A DNA stretch of 51,504 nt from Promethearchaeota archaeon (GTDB lineage Archaea > Asgardarchaeota > Lokiarchaeia > Sigyniarchaeales > SOKP01). The notes under the pieces were generated by a model. It made no database searches and was not told the origin of the DNA. It was given only the letters and a program-made list of their open reading frames with translations. The stretch is from NCBI GenBank assembly GCA_011364925.1, contig RDOA01000022.1:1-51504 (forward strand). The letters run 5' to 3'. The position numbers and the translations under genes are program-made. How positions within the stretch are numbered: the stretch's first letter is position 1; every line of letters begins with the position of its first letter. Shown here one piece after another: positions 28,165-38,305 of the stretch.

Positions 28165-30816
28165 TTAAGAATCTTGGATTAGTCCGAGATCTTCAAGAGC
28201 TTGAGTTATCACATCGAGAATTGTATCCGCTACTTCTTGAGAAAGTAAACCTCTATTTAGTAAACAACTTACAGTGCACCGGGAGAATTCCAGTATACAC
28301 TGGACGCAATACAACTTACAATCGATATCAAGATTCATTGAAGACATAATAAGTGCTTTTTCAATCATTCCTGCCGCTGTTTTAAGAAAGAACATTAAAC
28401 AATACCGATAACTCCAATTGACATGATCTTCAACGTAATCTCCTAGATTAAGGAGGTTGACCTCAATCTGAGCTAAACTAGCTCCAAGTTCGGTGCCGGA
28501 GGAAACGCCCATTAACATTACTATATTATTCCTTATTTCGTGGATAGAATTTTCAATATATTTCGCGTGTTCGTCTTCTATACAATCAAACCAGTTTAAA
28601 AATTCAGTTTTAAACTCAACAATTTGTACCATTAGTTTCGCTAACGCGTCGTGATACAATCCACACGAAACGCTTCCATTTTCAGCGTATTCAAACGCTT
28701 CGTACAAGTACTCTTGAGCTCGCGTTAACTTCTTGTTAAGACAAAAGGCAAGGTGCTCATTAAGAGTCTCATTAATATAAATTTTCAACTGTTCTATTTG
28801 CCATATAATATATTCGTGCATTTGGAAAAAGACATTTTGAAAGACTCCTCTCAGAGTAGATGTTAACGTATCGTTAGGGCGATCGTTATCAGCATCCTCA
28901 ACATAGATCACAATTTCAGGAGTTCTACTCTTGAAGAGCCAGTTATTTTTTAGAATGTAAGAGTAAGTGTTTTCAACTTGAACTTTCGATAAAGGTGAGG
29001 TTAACTCTCCATTTATAAGAAAATATACTTCTCCGATTCCGCTATAATCGGTTGCATCGAATGTAACATTTATCTCGTATATATCCGGAGATATAACTAG
29101 ATTTGATAATTCAGGGGGATTAACATCATCGTCTACTATCTCTTGCTCTTGTGACAATTCAGAAGTGAGGGAATCAATAATTAGGGTACGATCATCATCG
29201 TTATCTCTGGCGGATATTGTAATTGTGTAAAAACCAAGGTTGGAAGGCAGATTCCAAGTTCCCGATTCAGTGCCATCTAAAGGGATTGTGTAATTAGTTG
29301 ATCCTTCTGTAGATTCATAATTGATTGTTATATTTATTTCGCTTAATCCCGAATCCGCATCCGAAACAATCCAGTCGAAATAGCCAGGGTCGTTGTCGAA
29401 GCCACTACCAACATATTGGATGTCAATATCAGGAGGTGTATTGTCGTCATCTACAATTAAATTTGAGACTATCGCAGTACTTGTTAACGCATCATTTGGT
29501 CTATCACTATCACTATCCTTGGCAACGATCTCAATAGTGTAATTACCTAGAGAATTCGGCAAATTCCATGTTCCTGTTACGTTACTCCCTAGGTCTATAG
29601 AGTAGTTGCCTAAACCTTCTGGAGAATTGAAAGTTACCCCTATATTTATTTCACTTAATCCCGAATCAGAATCCGAAACGCTCCATTCAAAATAACCGGG
29701 ATTGTTATCGTCACTATCACCGATGTATTGAACTATAATTTCTGGAGGCGTATCATCATCGTCTACAATGTTTATCGAAACGGATATAGTCCGTGTTAAT
29801 CTATCGTCTGGGCGATCGTTATCGTTGTCAGTGGCGCTAAAAGTAAACCCGTGATTTCCAAGCGATCCTGGAACCGTATATGTTCCAGACGGATCTATGT
29901 AAAGCCCTGACGCGTCCGAGGCGGATATAATAATTACTCCAGGATCGTTATCTGTCCCATCTCCGTTATAACTATAGGATATCGTAGGGCGCTGTGCATC
30001 GTCATCTATAATTCTAATTTCTGCTGACATTGTGGATGGACAACCGATTACATTCTCAGCTTCTACGTATATAGCATGCAATGCGGGAATATTAGGAACA
30101 TCATACTCGCCGAGTGAAAATCCAACAAGTTGGCCATCAACCCAAACATTTACCGAGTCTTCATCGATACGGCTCTCTGGATCACTTGCATAGACATTCC
30201 ATTTGCCCGGATTCGCGTCAGTACCATCTCCATCTAGATAATCGATGCTAATAATCGGTGGCGTATCGTCACCCGCGGGGCTAGCAGCTATTAAATCTAC
30301 AAAAAAATAACGATCTCCCCCACTTACGATATAACTGCGATCTTCAAATCGAACCCAGACTTTTTGAATGGATCTCGACTCGTCAAGGGGGATGACATGA
30401 AATCCATTCGGCTTTTGGGAGGTTCCATCCGACGTACCATCAGTATAATAAACCACTATCGATGTTGTTTGCGTTTGAGCTGCATTGATTGCAAAAAAAT
30501 CCAGATAGAGCTCGTCACACTGTATCTCATCAAAGAAAAAGTATAGATTTACATAAAAATCAAAGTACGCACCACCCCAGTACCACGCTGCTTGTATACC
30601 AAGAGCATTATCGTCATTCTCGTATACCGATTCTAAGTCTCCGGAAATCCTTTCTCCACTTACAAGCGAATACCCATAGGGGCGAATATCACAAACCCCA
30701 AGTTGGACATCTTTATATGCTAAAAGAGGTGAAAATGAGAAGGAGATGATAAACATTGACATTAAAGTTAAAATTTTAATTTTGAACAAAAATTTGTTAA
30801 ATTTTAACTTTTTCAT
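28165..30816 (-). CDS. Large secreted protein with tandem acidic Ig/cadherin-like repeats and a Cys-rich helical C-terminus
   Basis: Signal peptide; AAGGTGA RBS; five (I/V)DDDxxPP-type linkers and four DxDxDR motifs; 35/38-nt direct repeat at 29330 and 29642. Confidence 0.85.
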   Translation of the reverse strand: MKKLKFNKFLFKIKILTLMSMFIISFSFSPLLAYKDVQLGVCDIRPYGYSLVSGERISGDLESVYENDDNALGIQAAWYWGGAYFDFYVNLYFFFDEIQCDELYLDFFAINAAQTQTTSIVVYYTDGTSDGTSQKPNGFHVIPLDESRSIQKVWVRFEDRSYIVSGGDRYFFVDLIAASPAGDDTPPIISIDYLDGDGTDANPGKWNVYASDPESRIDEDSVNVWVDGQLVGFSLGEYDVPNIPALHAIYVEAENVIGCPSTMSAEIRIIDDDAQRPTISYSYNGDGTDNDPGVIIISASDASGLYIDPSGTYTVPGSLGNHGFTFSATDNDNDRPDDRLTRTISVSINIVDDDDTPPEIIVQYIGDSDDNNPGYFEWSVSDSDSGLSEINIGVTFNSPEGLGNYSIDLGSNVTGTWNLPNSLGNYTIEIVAKDSDSDRPNDALTSTAIVSNLIVDDDNTPPDIDIQYVGSGFDNDPGYFDWIVSDADSGLSEINITINYESTEGSTNYTIPLDGTESGTWNLPSNLGFYTITISARDNDDDRTLIIDSLTSELSQEQEIVDDDVNPPELSNLVISPDIYEINVTFDATDYSGIGEVYFLINGELTSPLSKVQVENTYSYILKNNWLFKSRTPEIVIYVEDADNDRPNDTLTSTLRGVFQNVFFQMHEYIIWQIEQLKIYINETLNEHLAFCLNKKLTRAQEYLYEAFEYAENGSVSCGLYHDALAKLMVQIVEFKTEFLNWFDCIEDEHAKYIENSIHEIRNNIVMLMGVSSGTELGASLAQIEVNLLNLGDYVEDHVNWSYRYCLMFFLKTAAGMIEKALIMSSMNLDIDCKLYCVQCILEFSRCTVSCLLNRGLLSQEVADTILDVITQALEDLGLIQDS

Positions 30817-31256
30817 CTACGACTCACCTTATCTGTTACGATTAAATCTAACTAAATAATTGTTTTGGCTGTATTTAAAGGTTCTAATTGAAGCCCTTCC
30901 TTTAAAAGCGTCAAAAAATGGTGGTAAAAAAATTTTGAATTTTTTCACACAAAAAAAGTAACATAAAAAAACTGCAGAAAAGAGAGCCAGAGATAGAATA
31001 TTAACAATCATCATTAGCGGGAATATGGAGATCGATAAGAATTTTGTATGAAATCAATTATATGCGCGCTTTTACGCAAGTATTAAGGTAAAATTGTATT
31101 CACATATTAATTCACATTTCTTTCCTTTCAATCTTTATAATACGTATATATTACATATGGCAATTAATCGGAATTGTTATTTAATTAATGAATCTATAAA
31201 TTAGTTAAGCAATAGCTTAATTAAACTTGAATTTAATCAGAATAGGGAATAGAAAA

Positions 31257-31460
31257 TTGAGTACTGAAAAAATTAGGAAAGCAATTCGAAAAAGATTAGA
31301 GGAAATCTATGCATCCGAATTAGAATATCAGTATGATCTCTCTAAAGTTGTCATTCCATTTTCAGAATTTTTTAAAAAGACTGATAGTGATGATGAAAAC
31401 GAAAAGTCTCCCAAAAAAGGGAAAGAGGAATATAAAAAACTTTTATTAAAAGAACTTTAG
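31257..31460 (+). CDS. Small charged hypothetical protein
   Basis: TTG start, amphipathic helices; weak similarity to 36486..36707. Confidence 0.6.
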   Translation: MSTEKIRKAIRKRLEEIYASELEYQYDLSKVVIPFSEFFKKTDSDDENEKSPKKGKEEYKKLLLKEL

Positions 31461-31673
31461 CGAAGAGATAATAAAATTCGATTCAAATTTTGCTCCAATG
31501 CTTATTAGATGAAAAAACTCGTTTTGAACTAATAATTACATTCAATTTTTCTTAGTTTAAATGCATTAAAACTGTAATGCTTAAATAATAAGAATCAAGG
31601 TTAATCAATATAGCAAAATATTTTTAACATTTGAATGTTAAATTAAGAAGTTGGAACTTTAAAACAGAATGAT

Positions 31674-32834
31674 ATGATAGCAGAGAATCGCATTAAAAAA
31701 AATCTTAGAAAATTTAGCTTTCCTCGATTATCTGGAACGAAATACGAATTAGAAGCTTTCAACCATGTAAAAAGCGAAATAGAAAACTTAAATCTAGATT
31801 TTGAAGTTCAAAATTTTACGTTCAGTTCGTTTTATTCTCGAACTTATCCCAAAGTAGCATTTACTTCCGGATCATTAATATTCTTTACGCTCTACTTGAA
31901 GTACCACCTTATTGTCTCAACGATCTCGCTTGTACTATTTGGTTTTATTTTAATCTCATCCGTACTCATGACAAGGAAACCTGAAAAAATCCGGTTTCTC
32001 AAGAACCTTAACTCTCAGAACTTACTAGTTAAAATAAAATCTATTTCAAATAAATTAAAAAGTAACGAAAGAATTGCGTTGTTTATAAGCCATTTAGACT
32101 CAAAAAGTCAAAAGTTTACAATTCGACTTCGAATAAGAATGATTAAATTATGGATTGCTACAACAATTATATTAGGTTGTTGTCTCCCATTTCGGTACTT
32201 AATTAATTGGCGATTTATGGACCTTTTTTATGTAATAGCAATGTTTCCTCTAATTATGAACCTTTTTTCTGCTCTTTTGATAATTCTTAACATTACAAGT
32301 AACAAATCTGAAGGAGCGGTTGATAATGCTTCAGGTATCGCCTGTAATTTAGAACTTTTGAATCATTACAGTAATAAAAAAAACAGATTAAGTAACTACG
32401 ACATGTGGTTTCTTTTTACAGGAGCCGAAGAATGCGGAACGATGGGAGTTCGGCATTTTTATAATACACTCAAACAGTATAATCCAAAATTATCTGTAGT
32501 GTTTAATTTTGAGTCTATTGCACATAATGTTTTTTTGTTCCCTGGAGGACAAGAGGGGGATAACGCTCAAGATATTAACTTCTTACTCTTAAACAACACC
32601 AGGAACTTGAAAATTCAACATTACATTACCAATAGAGTTCTTGGTGCCCATTCTGACGGAGGGTTTCTGGGAGATAAAGGTTTTCAAGGATATGGAATTG
32701 GTGAAGTAGATGCTTATAGTTATATGCATACTCCAAACGATACGTTGGATAAAATTAACACGGGAATATTGAAAAAACTATGTTTAGTCTTAACAGATAG
32801 TTTGAAAAAGCACGATTCTACTTTTTTCGACTAA
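31674..32834 (+). CDS. M28 family metallopeptidase with inserted TM segments
   Basis: FPRLSGT, SHLDSK, GAVDNASG, TGAEECG, HSD and HTPNDT motifs; four hydrophobic insertions. Confidence 0.9.
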   Translation: MIAENRIKKNLRKFSFPRLSGTKYELEAFNHVKSEIENLNLDFEVQNFTFSSFYSRTYPKVAFTSGSLIFFTLYLKYHLIVSTISLVLFGFILISSVLMTRKPEKIRFLKNLNSQNLLVKIKSISNKLKSNERIALFISHLDSKSQKFTIRLRIRMIKLWIATTIILGCCLPFRYLINWRFMDLFYVIAMFPLIMNLFSALLIILNITSNKSEGAVDNASGIACNLELLNHYSNKKNRLSNYDMWFLFTGAEECGTMGVRHFYNTLKQYNPKLSVVFNFESIAHNVFLFPGGQEGDNAQDINFLLLNNTRNLKIQHYITNRVLGAHSDGGFLGDKGFQGYGIGEVDAYSYMHTPNDTLDKINTGILKKLCLVLTDSLKKHDSTFFD

Positions 32835-32934
32835 AAATAGTTACAAGAAATAGTTACGAGAATTTATGTAAAACTTTTAAAAATAGGTCTTTTCATATAA
32901 CTTAATAATATTAAAATTAAATGAGGCTAATGCA

Positions 32935-33294
32935 TTGGAAGAAGAAGAAAATGGCTATGCTTTAGACGAAAAAGAATTAAATATATTCTACGAGGTATTA
33001 TTTAAAAGAATTATGAATATTATGGAAGACCCAGATGTGGATGTTAACCCATTTGAGAATATGATAAAGATTTTAAGCCGATTGAGCGAAATATTTAGTT
33101 TCAAAAGCATGATAACCGTGATTCCTGCGTTAATCGCGTATTCCATAAAATACGGTATTATGGTTGAAAAGGCTTACGACGAAGACTTAACTAACCTCAA
33201 GGAAGACCAACAAGGATATGGACAAGAAGAAGAAAATGAAAGAAAACGAGATGTAATCCAAAAAGATTTAGATAAACTCAACATGTATCTATAA
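32935..33294 (+). CDS. Acidic hypothetical protein
   Basis: 119-aa ORF with GAGG upstream of TTG; fills an otherwise empty gap. Confidence 0.65.
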   Translation: MEEEENGYALDEKELNIFYEVLFKRIMNIMEDPDVDVNPFENMIKILSRLSEIFSFKSMITVIPALIAYSIKYGIMVEKAYDEDLTNLKEDQQGYGQEEENERKRDVIQKDLDKLNMYL

Positions 33295-33386
33295 AAATAT
33301 CTATTTGTTTATTAATTTTAATTCTAAATAAATTCATCAGTTTTTTATAGCTTAAATGCGTATAACCTAAAAGAAAGTGATATTGA

Positions 33387-34013
33387 ATGGACATTGTCAT
33401 TAAACAACTTGATTCAAGCCTTTTAGATGATTTTTTATATTATTTTGACAGGGTAGCCTTTACCGACAATCCTGAATGGTCTGGATGTTATTGCCAATTC
33501 TACTATTTTGAAGGAAAAATAAAAGATTGGGCTCAACGAACCGGTAAAGAAAATAGGGAAGCAGCAATAAAATTAATTATTTCAGAAAAGATGAATGGAT
33601 TCTTAGTATATCACAATGGAAATCCAATCGGGTGGTGTAATGCTAATTCAAAAGATTTTTATCCAGTATCAAGTCAAGATGAGTATCCTGTAGTTTATTT
33701 GCCAGATATTTTTACTACTGGTATTAAACAACAAGATAGAATTACTAATTATGTATCTGAGGGAAAAACTGCTTCTTTTGTCTGCTTTTTAATTGCTCCA
33801 GAGTAAAGAAAGAAGGGGATCGCAAGAAAGTTATTAGAATTTATTACGGAATATTATACCACTAAAGATTTCGATTTTATTGAAGCTTATCCAAGAAAAA
33901 ATGTGAAGTTCACATATTGTGCAGAAGGTCCAATGTCTCTCTTTGAATCTGAAGGATTCTTAATATATAAAGAGTTTGATGACTTCTATATAGTAAGAAA
34001 AGAATTGAAATGA
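33387..34013 (+). pseudogene. GNAT acetyltransferase interrupted by in-frame TAA at 33804-33806
   Basis: Frame continues CFLIAPE*RKKGIARKLLEF...IEAYP...GPMSLFESEGF...VRKELK to TGA 34011-34013; the stop lies in the acetyl-CoA-binding motif A. Confidence 0.85.
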
Positions 34014-34151
34014 AAGCCTTTCAGCATTTTTTTTAACAAAAAATGGATCAAAAAAGGAAAAAAAAGGTTATTGTTTAGATTTTAAGATTTCTTTAATTTA
34101 TTGCTTATTAGGATTGAAGCAACGGATAAAATGCTAAGTAGAATTAAAATG

Positions 34152-35336
34152 TTACACTTCTTTTTTTTTTTCAATTTTTCTCTCTATTAACTTAGAAAAA
34201 AAGTAAAGACCTAATCCTACTAAAAATCCTATTGTAATGTTAAAAATTAGACAAAATAATGCGGATACAACAATAATCGGCATTGTTTTCAAACTATAGT
34301 CCTTGAAGGAAATTTTTGCCAATAAGAGGGCAGTATATAATAACATAGCGCCTAATATAGCTTGAGGAAACGCGCGAAATATCAATAATAAGGTTTCGGA
34401 TAAAAATAGTCCAAGAAAAATCTCCAAAATTCCTTCCAAAATCATCGATCCTCCTGTCCTTGCTCCAAACGCGTACTGAGAAGCTAAACCTCCCGATCCA
34501 TGACATAAAGGCATTCCTCCTAAAAAGGGATTAATAATGTTCATAATACCCATATTAAGAGCGAGATCGCTGGCAGACACTACATCCTTTTTTTCAGGAA
34601 ATAATTCTTTAATAAGGCTTACTGTAGCTATCATCACATTGGTTAAAGTGAGAAAAAGCTGAGCTATACCAGCGATTATCATGCCCCACAAAATATTATC
34701 CCAATCAGGGATTTGAAATGTAAAAACGGGCAATTTGATAGAGATATCAGATAAAGTAATGGACTGATTCCATATAATTAGAAGTATCCCGAACACTACT
34801 AAAATTATCGAAGAAGGAACTTTTTTAAATTTAAAAGAAACTAAGATAACAGCAAACGAAATAACGCCTATTAGAATATCAGTACCTATTAATTGTAACG
34901 CAGTCCAACCTAAAATTAGCCCTAAACCCAATTGTATCCCCCGAACTGAAACTTGAGGAATTTTCCTTACAATCTTTTCTAAAAATTTAGTAAATCCTAA
35001 AACTGTCCATATTATTCCCGTTCCAAATCCCGTTGAAATAACTAAATTAGGACTCCAAGCTTGAGATATTGCTATTGTCCCTATTGTCTTTTGAGGTTGG
35101 ACTGGTAGTGGTAAGTTAAATCTAATTCCTAAGACAATATTAGTAACTCCCAAGCACAAAAATATGCCAGCAGGATTTAACCCAACGATTGAGATATAAC
35201 CTATAACGAAGGGAATTAATGTGCCCCAATCCCCAAGTGATCCAGCAAATTCTCTTAAATTGAACTTGGCAGAAAACCTCTTTCGAGTGGAATGTGGTTC
35301 CATCTCTTCTTTGGGCATTTCAGAAGTGTTTCCCAT
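34152..35336 (-). CDS. Molybdate/sulfate transporter (MOT1-like)
   Basis: EFAGSLGDWGTLIP, LPLPVQPQK, GGMPLCHGSGGLASQYAFGARTGG. Confidence 0.92.
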   Translation of the reverse strand: MGNTSEMPKEEMEPHSTRKRFSAKFNLREFAGSLGDWGTLIPFVIGYISIVGLNPAGIFLCLGVTNIVLGIRFNLPLPVQPQKTIGTIAISQAWSPNLVISTGFGTGIIWTVLGFTKFLEKIVRKIPQVSVRGIQLGLGLILGWTALQLIGTDILIGVISFAVILVSFKFKKVPSSIILVVFGILLIIWNQSITLSDISIKLPVFTFQIPDWDNILWGMIIAGIAQLFLTLTNVMIATVSLIKELFPEKKDVVSASDLALNMGIMNIINPFLGGMPLCHGSGGLASQYAFGARTGGSMILEGILEIFLGLFLSETLLLIFRAFPQAILGAMLLYTALLLAKISFKDYSLKTMPIIVVSALFCLIFNITIGFLVGLGLYFFSKLIERKIEKKKEV

Positions 35337-35479
35337 AATAATAGACTTAAATGAAAAATAAACCAAGTAGTACTGAAGTTTAATTATTAAAAAAATTTAT
35401 TATAAAGTGTAGTCTAAAAGTATATTAAAACTTAGTAATTTTTTACAAGGCAGAAAATTTAGTTATAACTTAGAAATCC

Positions 35480-36382
35480 GTGAGTATTATTATGGTCGAA
35501 TCAAAAATTGAAGGAGTCCCTTTTTTTATTGTTGATGTTTTTGCAGAACGTAAGTATTCTGGAAATCAACTCGCTGTAGTAATAAGTGGAGACATTTTTA
35601 CCAGCGAAGAAATGCAGCGAATTGCAAAGGAAATGAACTATTCTGAAACTACGTTTGTCACTTCGGTTGAAAACGCAACCGTGAGAATATTTACTCCAGA
35701 AGTCGAATTACCTTTTGCGGGTCACCCCACAATTGGGACCGCGTTTGTCATGCAACAGGAATTTATGAAAGGAAAAATAACAACAATGACCTTAAGTCTA
35801 AAAATTGGTGAAATTCCAATTCTATTCAAGTATAAAGGCGATCATTTGACTGAGACGTGGATGGAGCATAAGGATCCAATTTTTGGCGGTTATTTTGCCC
35901 CAGATCTAATTGCTGATGTTTTGAATATCGACGAAAGCGATATTGATAAAAGATTTAAAATTCAAGAAGTCTCAACAGGGATTCCAACTATTATTGTGCC
36001 GTTAAAATCCTTAGATGAATTAAAACAAGTGAAGATAAATAAAGTCAAATACGACGCTTTGATTCACAATACTCAGGCTAAGACAATTCTAGTTTTTTGT
36101 CCAGAAACTTACGACAAGGCAAACGATCTAAATGTAAGATTCTTTGCCGATTACTATGGTGTTCCTGAAGATCCAGCTACGGGGTCTGCTAACGGTTGTT
36201 TAGCCGCTTACCTGGTGAAACACGACTATTTTGGTAAGAGTCGGATTGAGATACGCGTTGAACAAGGGTTCGAAATAGGGAGAGAATCAATATTGTTGCT
36301 AAAAGCTGAAACGAAAGGTGGAAAATATTTCGTTACCGTAGGAGGTAAAGTGATCCTCGTTGCTAAAGGGGTTTTATACTAA
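35480..36382 (+). CDS. PhzF family isomerase
   Basis: VDVFA..GNQLAV, NYSETTF, ELPFAGHPTIG, EDPATGSANG. Confidence 0.95.
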   Translation: MSIIMVESKIEGVPFFIVDVFAERKYSGNQLAVVISGDIFTSEEMQRIAKEMNYSETTFVTSVENATVRIFTPEVELPFAGHPTIGTAFVMQQEFMKGKITTMTLSLKIGEIPILFKYKGDHLTETWMEHKDPIFGGYFAPDLIADVLNIDESDIDKRFKIQEVSTGIPTIIVPLKSLDELKQVKINKVKYDALIHNTQAKTILVFCPETYDKANDLNVRFFADYYGVPEDPATGSANGCLAAYLVKHDYFGKSRIEIRVEQGFEIGRESILLLKAETKGGKYFVTVGGKVILVAKGVLY

Positions 36383-36485
36383 ATCTCGACTTTTAAAACC
36401 AAATTCTACTTCTTTATATATTTCATTCTAGAATATCCTACAAATTATTCTTCTAATTTAAATTGGAAACTAAGACTCCAAATAA

Positions 36486-36707
36486 TTGAAAAAGATGCAA
36501 AATAATATGGCTCCAAACACTTCTAAAAGAAAAGAATACGACAAAGATTTTGGAATAGAACTCAAATTATCCGAAATTGTAATTTCGTTTAAAAAATTAA
36601 TCAACCAAATTTCACCTATAGATGTTTACAACGGAGAAGAAAACATCCCCTTCTCTAAAAAAGAAGCAGAATTCCGTAAAGTACTTAAAAGTGAATTTCT
36701 GACTTAA
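36486..36707 (+). CDS. Small hypothetical protein
   Basis: 73-aa ORF (true start possibly a downstream ATG); weak similarity to 31257..31460. Confidence 0.5.
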   Translation: MKKMQNNMAPNTSKRKEYDKDFGIELKLSEIVISFKKLINQISPIDVYNGEENIPFSKKEAEFRKVLKSEFLT

Positions 36708-36773
36708 TTTTAAAAATGAAGTTCATAATGTGTTGAAAATTTGCTTAAAAAATAAAAAAAGAAAAAGATTTGA

Positions 36774-37175
36774 TTATTTACCCCTTTCTTGATCAAAGTA
36801 AAACCAGGCAAAAGCGACAAAGAAAAATATTAAAATGCCAATTTGAATCCAAACTATAAATGGATTCCCATAATTGGGAAACATAAATACAGCAACAATT
36901 TGGACAGCTGTGCCTATGAAAAGCCAAACGATTTCCATTTGTACAACGATCTTCACCTTTTGCCATTTAGTCTCTCTCCAACATAGTAGTGAAGCTGCAG
37001 CGAGTCCTATAAATACTGCTCCTAAAATGCGTCCAGTAACAGGATCATAATACTTCCAACCAGTTATATCCTTATAGAGTTCAAGTATAAAGGTAAAAAT
37101 TAATCCAAAAATGATAGCAACAAAGAAATGTATTAGAAATGTTAATTTTAGCAGTTTCGAGATATCTTCTTTCAT
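36774..37175 (-). CDS. Four-TM membrane protein
   Basis: Four hydrophobic helices, DPVTGRILGA motif. Confidence 0.8.
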   Translation of the reverse strand: MKEDISKLLKLTFLIHFFVAIIFGLIFTFILELYKDITGWKYYDPVTGRILGAVFIGLAAASLLCWRETKWQKVKIVVQMEIVWLFIGTAVQIVAVFMFPNYGNPFIVWIQIGILIFFFVAFAWFYFDQERGK

Positions 37176-37322
37176 ACTTTCTTCTCACTCTTTCATTTAT
37201 TTTAGTATTTTCTAATTCACGTATTTATTTTATTTCGAATTTCATTAAAATAAGCTATCTGCTCTACAATATAAATCTTACTCATGCACCAATTAACAAA
37301 TTATTGAAGAAGTTAGATTTCG

Positions 37323-38111
37323 TTATTTGTTTAGTTTAATAAAATCTGATAGAGGATTGAAATATTCCTCTTCGAAAGCAAGGATATTATTATGTCCAGC
37401 ACCTTCGATTAATACAAATTTTTTGTCGATACCATCTGGCAAATTTTGATAAAGCAAGTTAGCTTCTGAAGAAGGTATTATCCAATCAAGAGTACCATGG
37501 ATAATCAATGTTGGCTTGGTAAACTTCTTTACTCTAGTATCGTTTGAATAGGGATTTAGTGATTCTGGTGTTAGGATTGGACTACTTATCCTAAAAAGGT
37601 TCACCATCATATTATAAGTACTAGCAAATCCACTTTCGAATATTATACCACGCAAATTAATGGGATTATTTGCTCCAATTTCGGCAGCACAGATACTCCC
37701 TAAAGACCTTCCTTGAACGAATAAAGAATCAATTAGATTCTTACTTTCCATCCATTTAGTGAATGCTGTGTAAATAGGCATCGCATCAGAGATTAAGCTA
37801 GAATAAAAGGGCTTCCCGGTGCTGAATCCGTATCCCCTAAAATCGACTACTGCTAAATTTACGCCACAATCATGAAACATCGGTGCTATGTATTGATAGT
37901 CTAAGGCAATTTCTCCGTTTCCATGAAACAACAATATTGTAGGAACATTTGTAGCGTTCTTAAAAAAGAATCCTCCAATCACAATCTTTTTGTTAATATG
38001 AAACTTAAGAATTTCGACATCTTGTTCTAAATTGTTAGGAATCGCCGTCTTTCGAGGATAAAAAACTACATTCGAAACTGTGGGATTATCAATCAGAGTG
38101 TGCTTTTCCAT
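37323..38111 (-). CDS. Alpha/beta hydrolase (ABHD13/ABHD17-like)
   Basis: FHGNGE, DFRGYGFSTG, GRSLGS, IIHGTLD, GAGHNN. Confidence 0.92.
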   Translation of the reverse strand: MEKHTLIDNPTVSNVVFYPRKTAIPNNLEQDVEILKFHINKKIVIGGFFFKNATNVPTILLFHGNGEIALDYQYIAPMFHDCGVNLAVVDFRGYGFSTGKPFYSSLISDAMPIYTAFTKWMESKNLIDSLFVQGRSLGSICAAEIGANNPINLRGIIFESGFASTYNMMVNLFRISSPILTPESLNPYSNDTRVKKFTKPTLIIHGTLDWIIPSSEANLLYQNLPDGIDKKFVLIEGAGHNNILAFEEEYFNPLSDFIKLNK

Positions 38112-38305
38112 AATTGTTGTTTAAATACGAATGTATCTTTTTAAATTCTTCTTTTCTGCGTTGAAAAAGACATTTTTATTAATTTTAAAAATTTATAAGA
38201 TTTGACATAATATTGTAAATACACTCATAAGTAAAGCTAAGACTTAATTATGAGGAGTATTATTATTTAAACATAAATTTCTATATCGATAATAAGTGAC
38301 ATAGC

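Noticed and set aside
32835-32862. Tandem 13-bp repeat AAATAGTTAC(A/G)AG
   Set aside because: Only two adjacent copies with no spacers; not a CRISPR array, probably a local duplication.
33804-33806. Selenocysteine/pyrrolysine recoding or genetic-code change
   Set aside because: The codon is TAA, which serves as the normal stop across the window.
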